58,823 nucleotides of DNA, taken from positions 1-58,823 of the forward strand of contig SCSN01000007.1 of the NCBI GenBank assembly GCA_004322205.1, written 5' to 3'. Numbering within the stretch: position 1 is the stretch's first letter; every line of letters begins with the position of its first letter. The notes below the pieces were generated by a model. That model was not told where the DNA came from. It made no database searches and worked only from the letters and a program-made list of their open reading frames with translations. Shown in pieces: positions 36,525 to 44,706 of this stretch. A program made the translations under genes and the position numbers. This stretch comes from Patescibacteria group bacterium. Its GTDB lineage: Bacteria; Patescibacteriota; Minisyncoccia; Phycocordibacterales; Zambryskibacteraceae.

Positions 36525-37130
36525 CTACGACAACCCTGTGACAAGGTGAAAAAGATACGAGACAAGAGGAAATACAACCCGCCAGAGAACAAAAATGAAA
36601 AGAAACACCAAAATCAATCCATATCTCTCGAGAAATACCCGCGCCCCCGAACGAAACGGCAGAAACGAGAAAAGAATTTTTGAGCCGTCGAGCGGCGGTA
36701 TCGGAACGAGATTAAAAACCGCCAGCAGGATATTAATGAACACAATGACTGCTGCGATGTCAACAAACGACTGCGGGAGAGTGAAAGGTAAAAATCGAAT
36801 CATCAAACCGAAAATTAGAGCGACAGCAATGTTGGCAAGCGGTCCAGCCGCGGCGACAATTGCCTCTCCGGAGCGTTGATTGCGGAGATTGTAGGGGTTA
36901 AACGGCACCGGCTTCGCCCAACCGATAATAAAACCTCCCAAGATATAGGAGAGCAGAGGAATGAGAAGCGAACCGACGGGGTCGAGATGGCGTAGAGGAT
37001 TCAGTGTCAGTCGCCCCTGATAAAACGCCGTTCTGTCACCTAAAAGCAGAGCGGCATAACCATGCGAGACTTCGTGGATGACAACAGAAAAAATGAGAAT
37101 TGCTATTTGAAAAATGAATGTCAGTTCCAT
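36525..37130 (-). CDS. Site-2 protease family (peptidase M50) membrane metalloprotease
   Basis: HEVSHG zinc motif in a TM helix; polytopic. The ORF is open to a GTG at 37148, and ATG 37130 is preferred. Confidence 0.8.
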   Translation of the reverse strand: MELTFIFQIAILIFSVVIHEVSHGYAALLLGDRTAFYQGRLTLNPLRHLDPVGSLLIPLLSYILGGFIIGWAKPVPFNPYNLRNQRSGEAIVAAAGPLANIAVALIFGLMIRFLPFTLPQSFVDIAAVIVFINILLAVFNLVPIPPLDGSKILFSFLPFRSGARVFLERYGLILVFLFIFVLWRVVFPLVSYLFHLVTGLS

Positions 37131-37248
37131 CCCGTTAAATTTTAGCACATGTCGCTCCCGGCTTTTCTTGCATAACTTCTATGTTGTGTTACTATTGCAT
37201 TTCGCGAAATGTGTTTGCGCTACATGCTTTGAGTTTGACGCTAGATTT

Positions 37249-37491
37249 ATGGCTAAAGTCTGTCCAGTTACAAAAAAGGGTTCTCGCATCGGCGGTGGCT
37301 ACAGTAATCGAACGCGCGCCACGCAGTTTAACCCTACCGGCAAATCCCGCAAGTATCCCAATCTCCAAAAAAAGCGCATTTACATCCCGGAACTTAAGCG
37401 GAGCATCACTCTAACCCTCTCCGCCAAAGGCATAAAAACGCTTCAAAAACAAGGCGTCTATAGGACGCTCAAGAAAGCCGGTGTGATTTAG
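37249..37491 (+). CDS. rpmB: 50S ribosomal protein L28
   Basis: MAKVCPVTKKGSRIGGGYSNRTRATQ.. inside track ORF 37114..37491. Confidence 0.9.
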   Translation: MAKVCPVTKKGSRIGGGYSNRTRATQFNPTGKSRKYPNLQKKRIYIPELKRSITLTLSAKGIKTLQKQGVYRTLKKAGVI

Positions 37492-37658
37492 AATACCTAA
37501 TTCATTCAACTCCGACCGGCGGATGCGGGGCGGGGGCGTTCAGACCAAGGGGGCAGAAGTAATCTAAATTGTCAATGGGATTTGGGGGGTTTTTCCTTTG
37601 ACAGGGGGCTTGCCCAGCGAGACACTTGAAAGGCACGCTCTTTAAACAAGGAGCAAGT

Positions 37659-37973
37659 ATGACGGCAGTATCATCTCCACCGCTGGATGCGAGGTCTGGT
37701 TCCGATCATAGAGAATATCTCGTCAGGCTAGACAATGCCTGGCAGATCACACTCTCCGTTTTAAATAGCAAGCGCTACATTGACGCAACGCTTGCTCGAG
37801 ACGAGGGAGTGGCATCTTCCATCGCCCGGGAGATATTCTCCATCGAAGGAATAGATTCCTTGGTCATCGAGGCAGGTGGGAACATCCGCGTCGATTTGCT
37901 CAAGGGGTACTCCTTCGATGACGGGGTCGGGCCAAAGGTCCTCGCAGTCATCAAGCGCCACCTTGGTTCCTGA
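37659..37973 (+). CDS. Small orphan protein with Nfu_N-like C-terminal pattern
   Basis: ATG at 37659 preceded by AAGGAG 5 nt upstream. SSIAREIFSIEGIDSLVIEAGGNIRVDL...KVLAVIKRHL resembles the Nfu/NifU N-terminal scaffold domain. GC-richer. Confidence 0.55.
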   Translation: MTAVSSPPLDARSGSDHREYLVRLDNAWQITLSVLNSKRYIDATLARDEGVASSIAREIFSIEGIDSLVIEAGGNIRVDLLKGYSFDDGVGPKVLAVIKRHLGS

Positions 37974-37987
37974 CCGGGGTGGCGTCT

Positions 37988-38845
37988 TTACTTTACAGAT
38001 ATTGTTTGCCCGTCCGACTTTATTCTGATCGTTCCATTCTCTGCAGTCTTTAAAATCTTCACATCCGCTTGAGACAAAATATCCAGCACTTCTTTGTGCG
38101 GGTGGCCGTATGAGTTTCCTTCGCCGGAAGAGATCACAACCACACTTGGAGAAACAGCTGAAACAAAAATATCTCCTGTGGAAGTTCGTGAACCGTGGTG
38201 CCCGGCTTTCAGAACGTCGCACTTGAGTTTGTTGTCATAGACGCTCACCAAATATTCCTCGATTTTTGTCGGCGAGTCTCCGGTGAAAAGAAAACAGCTG
38301 CCGCCAAATATATACTTGGCAACAATTGAAGCGTCATTGGTATCCATTCCCGAGGGGTCTCTGTCAGGGAAAAGAATTTGCACGAGCGAGCCGTCGCCCA
38401 TATCAAGAATCATTCCCGCCCGCGCAAGAAAAACGGGGATGTTTTTCTCCTTCACTCGACGATGGAGCTCGTCGTCAATTCTGTTGTCTGACTCGACACC
38501 CGGTTCAAAAAACGCGCCGACTGTATAGCGGTTCACCACTTCCGGCAGCCCGCCGATATGATCCTTGTCCGGGTGAGTCTCAATAACAACATCAAGAAAG
38601 CGGTCGAAAGGGGGCATCGCTCTGGAAAGCTCTCTCAAAACTCGCCTATTAGGCCCGCCGTCAATGAGAATCTGGCTGCGATTGGCAGATTCGACAAGAA
38701 TGGCGTCTCCCTGCCCGACATCAAGAAACGAGACTTGAACAAAGTCTCTCGGTCGAACCCCGGCGGCCGCCGTCCAGATCGCAAGGTTTGCTAAAGCAAG
38801 TCCGACAAGCACGATAAGTTTCCAATACTGCCCCACCTTTCCCAT
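37988..38845 (-). CDS. comEC: ComEC-type metallo-beta-lactamase domain protein (stand-alone, TM-anchored)
   Basis: 285 aa, N-terminal TM helix, VSFLDVGQGDAILVE and HPDKDHIGG MBL motifs typical of the ComEC C-terminal domain. Confidence 0.8.
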   Translation of the reverse strand: MGKVGQYWKLIVLVGLALANLAIWTAAAGVRPRDFVQVSFLDVGQGDAILVESANRSQILIDGGPNRRVLRELSRAMPPFDRFLDVVIETHPDKDHIGGLPEVVNRYTVGAFFEPGVESDNRIDDELHRRVKEKNIPVFLARAGMILDMGDGSLVQILFPDRDPSGMDTNDASIVAKYIFGGSCFLFTGDSPTKIEEYLVSVYDNKLKCDVLKAGHHGSRTSTGDIFVSAVSPSVVVISSGEGNSYGHPHKEVLDILSQADVKILKTAENGTIRIKSDGQTISVK

Positions 38846-38893
38846 TCTTCTATTATAACGGGTGGCGCGGTGTATAATAGAGATTCATACACC

Positions 38894-39490
38894 ATGAAAC
38901 AGTTTGCCGAACAAAAATTTAATATCCCGGCGCTCAAGGGAATTTCCGCCAAAAATATTGAGGAGCATTTAAAGCTCTACGCGGGCTATGTCAAAAACGC
39001 CAATGCGGTTTTAGAGAAAATCGAAGAGTATAGGAAAGATTCGGAAAGGAACACTTTGGCGTTAGCGGAGCTTCAGAGACGTTTTGCTTTTGAATTCGAC
39101 GGCATGAGAAACCACGAATACTACTTCCGCTCGCTTGAAGGCGGCTCGACACCGCTCGCCACAGGCGGAGTATTACAAAAGGTAATTGAAGAGGAGTGGG
39201 GTTCGTTTGATAAGTGGCTTGCGATATTTAAATCAATTGCTCTAACGCGCGGCATCGGCTGGGCAGTGCTCTACTGGGATCCACAGACAAAGCAGCTACT
39301 CCGTCAGTGGATTGACGAACAGCATTTGGGGCATCTAAACGGCTTACCATGGATTTTGGGAATTGATATGTGGGAGCACGCTTTCGTTTACGATTATCAA
39401 CCGAGCGGCAAGAAAAATTATATCGAGGACTTCTTCCAAAATTTAAATTGGGGCGTTATTGAGAGAAACTTCACAGAAGCAACAAAGTAG
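38894..39490 (+). CDS. Fe/Mn superoxide dismutase family protein
   Basis: All four metal-ligand positions are present by alignment to E. coli FeSOD (IEEH, RNHEYYF, DMWEHAFVY). Confidence 0.8.
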   Translation: MKQFAEQKFNIPALKGISAKNIEEHLKLYAGYVKNANAVLEKIEEYRKDSERNTLALAELQRRFAFEFDGMRNHEYYFRSLEGGSTPLATGGVLQKVIEEEWGSFDKWLAIFKSIALTRGIGWAVLYWDPQTKQLLRQWIDEQHLGHLNGLPWILGIDMWEHAFVYDYQPSGKKNYIEDFFQNLNWGVIERNFTEATK

Positions 39491-39501
39491 AGTCCAAAAC
39501 G

Positions 39502-41028
39502 TCAGGATAAAAGAACTTGCGCCTGGCGCGCTCTTTTATTTTTGTAAATTCTCCAAAGCATAAATCCATACAGGGCAAAGATAAACCACATAAGAGCGGC
39601 GGGGAAAAAAGTAAGAGAAACCGCAGCAAAAGGAAGAGAGGAAAACCATTCAACAACTTTCAGAACGTAAGTGAGCAAAAATTGCGCAATGATCGCGAAA
39701 GGAAAGGCAAGAAAGCCAGCGAGAAAACCGAGAAGACCGGCAAAAAATCCAAAGAACATTATGACAGGGACAATCGGCAGAACCAAAAGATTGACGGGAA
39801 GCGAAACAACTGAAAATAAACCGGTCTTGTACAAAAGAAGCGGCAGAACGAAAAGCTGGGTGGCTACTGTGTCGGAGACAATTGTTCGCAAGGCGAACTT
39901 CTCTGTAATACGCGAAAATTTTTCACCTAAGAGAGGCGCAATCCAGATGAGAGCAACGGTGGCAAGAAATGAAAGTTCAAAGCCCGTGTCAAAGACAAGT
40001 ACTTTTGGATTCCAGAGCACCATGGCGCAGGCTGCGATGACAAGCCCGCGCGCCACATGGTAGGTTCTGCCCGTGGCGCGAGCGAGTAGCACCAGAATCG
40101 CCATAAGCGAAGCTCGAACGACAGAGGGCGCGCCGCCGACCATAATGGCAAAGAGAACAATGCCAAGGGCAGAGGCGGCCAATGACACTCTGCGCGAGAG
40201 AAAACAGAGGCGAGAGAGAAGCCAGAGGATAGAACTCGCCACCAGTGTTATGTTGTAGCCGGAAAGCACCACGATATGGATGATGCCGGTCGTCCGAAAA
40301 GTTTGCTCCAAATCCTTGCCAAGCGAGCTTTCCGTGCCGAGGATAATCCCGGAGAGAAGCGATGAGGCCGGCTCGGTAATTCTTCTCTCAAAATTCCCAA
40401 TGAAGCGGAACTTGACAGTCAGAAGCGCCCGTTTGACTGGGCTGCCCCCACCTTCCGCAACAAGTTCGCCCGAGGCGAAAGAAAGAATGAGGTAGATATC
40501 GTCTTTGGCAAGGTAAGCGGCGTAGTCAAAAATGCGGCCGCCTTCTTCAATGGCCCCCGGCCGGTCGAGTCTGCCGGAAAATTTCACTTCGTCACCGTAG
40601 TCAAACTGCGGATACAGCTCTGCTCTAACTAGAATCTTCTCGCCGTCGAATTCAGATGCCCTAATAATGTAGAGTTCATAGGTCTCGCGATGCTCCGGCT
40701 CCTCGACAACGACTCCCGTGACAGAGGCGCGTTCTCCAACCCGCTCGAGAAGCGCCGGATGGGGAGCGGAGAGATCTTTGACTTCGTAGCGCGCCACTCC
40801 GACCGCGAAAAACAAAAGCGTAAGAGCAATGATTTTGAAAATTCTCTGCGTCTCCGCCTCTGCGACTTTTAGCCATCTATAGAGAAACAACAGAGCAGAA
40901 AGGAAGACAAAAAAGATCGCCGTGCTGAAGCTGAAATTGGAAAACGAAGAGATAAAAACACCAAAGAGAAAGGTTCCGGAAGCAAGAAGAAAGATATTTC
41001 TGCCTAGGAGCGCAATTCCTTTTTCCAT
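39502..41028 (-). CDS. comEC: ComEC/Rec2 DNA-uptake channel (DUF4131 plus competence TM domain), lacking the MBL domain
   Basis: 508-aa polytopic ORF with the OB-like segment (ERASVTGVVVEEPE..) followed by about 10 TM helices. Confidence 0.8.
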   Translation of the reverse strand: MEKGIALLGRNIFLLASGTFLFGVFISSFSNFSFSTAIFFVFLSALLFLYRWLKVAEAETQRIFKIIALTLLFFAVGVARYEVKDLSAPHPALLERVGERASVTGVVVEEPEHRETYELYIIRASEFDGEKILVRAELYPQFDYGDEVKFSGRLDRPGAIEEGGRIFDYAAYLAKDDIYLILSFASGELVAEGGGSPVKRALLTVKFRFIGNFERRITEPASSLLSGIILGTESSLGKDLEQTFRTTGIIHIVVLSGYNITLVASSILWLLSRLCFLSRRVSLAASALGIVLFAIMVGGAPSVVRASLMAILVLLARATGRTYHVARGLVIAACAMVLWNPKVLVFDTGFELSFLATVALIWIAPLLGEKFSRITEKFALRTIVSDTVATQLFVLPLLLYKTGLFSVVSLPVNLLVLPIVPVIMFFGFFAGLLGFLAGFLAFPFAIIAQFLLTYVLKVVEWFSSLPFAAVSLTFFPAALMWFIFALYGFMLWRIYKNKRARQAQVLLS

Positions 41029-41786
41029 GTTTCAATAGTATCGTTCTCCTCCTCAAGAGAAAAAGTTTTTTTGAATTTTGCACCGGAGACGCCTTTTACC
41101 CTCTTCTCGCACTCTGCCCAGGTTTTGTAAGTTTTAATGATTCCGTTAACCAAACTAACGTAAGAATAAGCTTTTTTCGTAGATCGTGGAGCGTGGAACG
41201 TGGAGCGTTTGAGGATGGTGGAGGCCGAAATATCTATTCCGTATTTCTTAAGAAAACCAGAATAGAGTTTTGATCTCTTGCCGCCTGCCCTGCCGGCAGG
41301 CAGGTCCGCGAACATTGTGGCAATCTCGTCGCATCGCTCATTTGCGGCAATTCCAGAGTGTCCGGGCAACAATTTCCATTCGATCTTCAGACCTTTGCTT
41401 ACCTTCAAGAACCTTCTCCACAAATCTTGGTTCTCCACCTTCTTCTTTGTCTTTGTTTTCCATTTACTTTTTACCCACCCGTGAACCCACGTCCCGGCGC
41501 CGTTTAGAACATAGCTAGAATCCAGATAAACTTTTAACCTATAACTTTTAACTTGCAACTTTTTTACAAATTCAAGCGCCTTTATTAGCGCCGTCAGTTC
41601 CATCCGGTTGTTGGTTGTTCTTTCAACTCCGCTCCCTAATTCCTGAACCCATTCCTGATTCTTTATTCTTAATTCTTTATTCCGCATTGTAATTTTGCCC
41701 GCTGGCAAAATTACAATGCTTCCCCACCCTCCCGGTCCGGGATTACCACGTGAAGCACCATCAGTAAAAATAGTTATCTTCTGCAT
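41004..41786 (-). CDS. rnhA: Ribonuclease HI fused to a C-terminal hybrid-binding (viroplasmin-like) domain
   Basis: FTDGASRGNPG, NNRMELTA, YLDSSYV, GHSG..NERCDEIA. The C-terminal YSYVSLVNGIIKTYKTWAECEKRVKGVSGAKFKKF resembles the RNase H1 HBD. Confidence 0.85.
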   Translation of the reverse strand: MQKITIFTDGASRGNPGPGGWGSIVILPAGKITMRNKELRIKNQEWVQELGSGVERTTNNRMELTALIKALEFVKKLQVKSYRLKVYLDSSYVLNGAGTWVHGWVKSKWKTKTKKKVENQDLWRRFLKVSKGLKIEWKLLPGHSGIAANERCDEIATMFADLPAGRAGGKRSKLYSGFLKKYGIDISASTILKRSTFHAPRSTKKAYSYVSLVNGIIKTYKTWAECEKRVKGVSGAKFKKTFSLEEENDTIETWKKELRS

Positions 41787-41803
41787 GCGAGAAGTCTAGC
41801 ACA

Positions 41804-41836
41804 TGAAAAACGCCAGGCACCGTCCGGTGCCTGGCG
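41804..41836 (-). terminator. Rho-independent terminator just upstream of rnhA
   Basis: cgccaggcacc-gtcc-ggtgcctggcg followed by ttttt on the minus strand. Confidence 0.85.
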
Positions 41837-41898
41837 GGAAAGACCCAAGGTTCAAAGTTTCAGGAACTTGCCTGCCCCGTGGCAGAGCTTCGCTCTGC

Positions 41899-42050
41899 TT
41901 ACAGGGCGCGGACAGCCGCGGGGTAATCCCGGCCCCGGGCGTCAAAGAGCCAGCGCCAGCTCGCGATCACCCGCTCGCCGTGCCAGACGAGACACGCCAC
42001 GCACCGGCCGTAGCCGCCGGTGACTATTCCCCTACCACCGCTTGTATAGT
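41899..42050 (-). pseudogene. Orphan C-terminal fragment paralogous to the 3' end of the 42146..42762 gene
   Basis: The translation ..GGYGRCVACLVWHGERVIASWRWLFDARGRDYPAAVRAL* aligns with ..GGDRFVASLVWSDEWVIVSWHWLEFDWNRSNPAAVRASS*. It lies downstream of a strong terminator and has no convincing start. Confidence 0.55.
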
Positions 42051-42051
42051 A

Positions 42052-42088
42052 GCACGAAAACCGCCCAGCGCGCGTGCGCGCTGGGCGG
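42052..42088 (-). terminator. Strong GC-rich rho-independent terminator
   Basis: 12-bp perfect stem ccgcccagcgcg-cacg-cgcgctgggcgg followed by ttttcgtgc (minus strand). Confidence 0.85.
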
Positions 42089-42145
42089 AGGATCGAGTCC
42101 CAAAGGATCCAAGTACAAGATCCAAGAGACTCAAGGTCAAAAGTT

Positions 42146-42762
42146 CTAGGAACTTGCACGGACAGCCGCGGGATTGCTCCGATTCCAGTCGAACTCAAGC
42201 CAGTGCCAGCTCACGATCACCCACTCGTCGCTCCAGACAAGAGAGGCGACGAAGCGGTCACCGCCACGGTCCCGAACGCTTCTCCAAAGGAAAACGTTCT
42301 TACCCTTGAACTCTTCCGGGTAGGTGTCGGGTTCGCTAGCCAGCCCTTGACTTCTTCGTCCTTGAGCGAGAGACAGCGGTTGATGATACCCGTCTCGCGG
42401 AGGTGCTTCTCGAGATCATAACCCTTGATCAGGCCGCCCTCTTTTTGTTTGGGGTGGAAGTAGAGCTTGATCCCTGTCGTCTTCGGCTCGGTTTCGGTAA
42501 GAGTCTGTTCTGCTGTCGAATAGCCGCACACGGGACAGCTCAACTTCTTATCCAAAACCTCGAGAAATGACCCGCAGTTCGGGCATTCGCTTCGAGGTAC
42601 AACGTGGGCTCTCTTCGGAATAGGAACCCAGCACGGCTCACGGCGAAGAAATCTCTTCGCCTCCTCTGTCCACCTTGTTGAATCGTTGCCTAGAAGGCAA
42701 TCCTCGAACTGGTCGCGTAGTCCGCGAATATCGCGGAGTTTCGCTCTGAGCGTGTTGTCCAC
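42146..42762 (-). pseudogene. Zn-ribbon protein of unknown function, reading frame broken by a 1-nt frame change near 42329-42331
   Basis: GTG at 42762 with AAGGAG 6 nt upstream; CPNC..CPVC ribbon. Frame A stops at 42217. From about 42330 another frame reads ..PDTYPEEFKGKNVFLWRSVRDRGGDRFVASLVWSDEWVIVSWHWLEFDW.. to the stop at 42146. Confidence 0.6.
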
Positions 42763-42817
42763 GGTCAGCTCCTTTTTTGAGGTACTGGCGGCTACTATCT
42801 TTCACCGCTCTGGTACT

Positions 42818-42845
42818 ACTATATCAAAAACTCCGTAATTGTCAA
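42818..42845 (-). promoter_or_regulatory. Near-consensus sigma70 promoter of the Zn-ribbon gene
   Basis: Minus strand: TTGACA (42840-42845), 16 nt, TATAGT (42818-42823). Confidence 0.55.
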
Positions 42846-42896
42846 GACCGGGTCATTCAAATAACCGCAAAAAGCAAGAGTGTTAAAACTTCTTTG

Positions 42897-42936
42897 GACT
42901 TCCTTAGTGTATCATATATGATACACTAAGGAAGTC
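42897..42936. promoter_or_regulatory. 40-bp perfect palindrome containing the 26-bp core TTAGTGTATCATATATGATACACTAA
   Basis: gacttccttagtgtatcata|tatgatacactaaggaagtc, verified base by base. Same core as 45686-45711. Confidence 0.7.
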
Positions 42937-42964
42937 TGTTTTTGGGTCTAAATACTCAAAACAA

Positions 42965-44683
42965 TCAAACGATGTCAACTATCCGCAGACGCAGTTCCGG
43001 ATAATTTCTAAAGTTGGATTTTTCAAATGAGGCTATGAGGTCAACGGGCATGCCGACTTGTGGCTTTTTTTCAAAACTCTTTGGCTTTGAAAAAAAGCTG
43101 ATAGCTCTAATATTTTTTTCAGATCCGTTCTCAAAGACAAGTTCCATGTGATTTCCTTCCTTGCCGAACTGACGGACTGTCTTGGGTGAAACATTTTCAA
43201 AAAGAAAAACCGGTTTTGGATTCCCCACCCCAAACGGCGCGAGTTTCTCAATCTCCCTGTAGGTATCCCAGTTCACACCAGAAAGAGAAAGTCTGGAATC
43301 AATCCATTGCCCCGAATCCGCCTCGGCTGATTCGGGGGATGATTTTACTTCTTCGTACGCACGGTTCAGTTCTTCTTCCAGCCTATGAATTTTTTCATGC
43401 GAAACTTCAAATCCGCCAGCAAGTTTGTGTCCGCCGAATTGAATAAAGGTGTCTTTGACCTTCTCCATCAACGCCACGAGATTAACGCTGCCGTCGGAGC
43501 GGCAAGAGCCCTTTAATTCTCTCTCACCGTTTCTGCCCCAAAGAAAAATTGGCCGAGAAAAATCATCAAGCAAGGAGTTGGCCGCCAGCCCCAGAAGCGC
43601 CGGTTTCCAGGAAGGATTGCCGAGCACTAAAACATTCGGCAAACTTGAGAGTTCCCGAATATGCTTTTTAATTTCTTTGACAATACTTGCCACCACACCC
43701 TTGCGCTCGTCGTTTAGGCGATTGAGATAATCGCTTAGCTGATCTGCTTCCGTCTCGTCTTTCGTTGACAGCAGGCGAAAAGCATCCATCGGATGCCCCA
43801 TGCGAGAAGCGGCATTAATGCGAGGTGAGAGGGTAAAACCAACATCGTCCTCCGAAAGATTCTTCGGATCCAGATTGAGTTTCCGCCAGAGTTTCTGCAG
43901 ACCCGGGCGGGGGGACTTTTGAAGAACTTTGAGCCCGTAGTGGGCAAGAGCGCGATTCTCTCCCGTGAGCGGCACCATGTCGGAGAGAGTGGCGATGCCG
44001 ACGAGATCAAGAAACCATTTTTCTTGACCATCTTTAAGATTGAAACGGTTTCTAGAAAGAATTGCCTGAATAAGTTTGAAGACAACCCCCGAGCCGCAGA
44101 GAATTTTTTCTGGATACGGACAATTTTCCTGTTTGGGATTTAAAATGGCGTGTGCTTCAGGCAAGAAACCATTTGCTTCATGGTGGTCTGTGACAATAAC
44201 GTCAATGCCGAGAGCTTTGGCCCGCGCAATTTGCTCAAAGTCAACCGTGCCGCAATCAACGGTAATGAGAAGATTCACTCCTTCGCCGCCAAAGTTCTCC
44301 ACCGCTTCCAAATGAAGCCCGTAGCCCTCATCATGACGATCGGGAATGTAATTCTCGACATTTGCGTGTCCGATTTTCTCAAAAAATTCCCGCAGAACCA
44401 CGGCGCCCGGAATGCCGTCAGCATCATAATCGCTATAGATGAGAATTTTCTCTTTATCCTCTACCGCTTGAAGGATTCGCCCCACAGCCCGCTCCATATC
44501 CCTCATAAGATATGGGTCATGAAGGTGGGTATTATAGTCGGGGTTAAGAAACTGCTCTGCCTCTTCGCGAGACCGAATCCCGCGGTAGTAAAGAAGTTTG
44601 CGAGTTGTTGCGGGGTAAGAGGTCAGTTCTTCGTCGATTCTTTTAGGAATATCTTCTCTCAAGCGGTACTCTTTCTTCGCCAT
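42965..44683 (-). CDS. recJ: Single-stranded-DNA-specific exonuclease RecJ
   Basis: 572 aa, DHH motifs (SDYDADGI, TVDCG, VTDHH) and a DHHA1 region. Confidence 0.92.
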   Translation of the reverse strand: MAKKEYRLREDIPKRIDEELTSYPATTRKLLYYRGIRSREEAEQFLNPDYNTHLHDPYLMRDMERAVGRILQAVEDKEKILIYSDYDADGIPGAVVLREFFEKIGHANVENYIPDRHDEGYGLHLEAVENFGGEGVNLLITVDCGTVDFEQIARAKALGIDVIVTDHHEANGFLPEAHAILNPKQENCPYPEKILCGSGVVFKLIQAILSRNRFNLKDGQEKWFLDLVGIATLSDMVPLTGENRALAHYGLKVLQKSPRPGLQKLWRKLNLDPKNLSEDDVGFTLSPRINAASRMGHPMDAFRLLSTKDETEADQLSDYLNRLNDERKGVVASIVKEIKKHIRELSSLPNVLVLGNPSWKPALLGLAANSLLDDFSRPIFLWGRNGERELKGSCRSDGSVNLVALMEKVKDTFIQFGGHKLAGGFEVSHEKIHRLEEELNRAYEEVKSSPESAEADSGQWIDSRLSLSGVNWDTYREIEKLAPFGVGNPKPVFLFENVSPKTVRQFGKEGNHMELVFENGSEKNIRAISFFSKPKSFEKKPQVGMPVDLIASFEKSNFRNYPELRLRIVDIV

Positions 44684-44706
44684 GAAGCCTATTGTATCAT
44701 GAGTCT

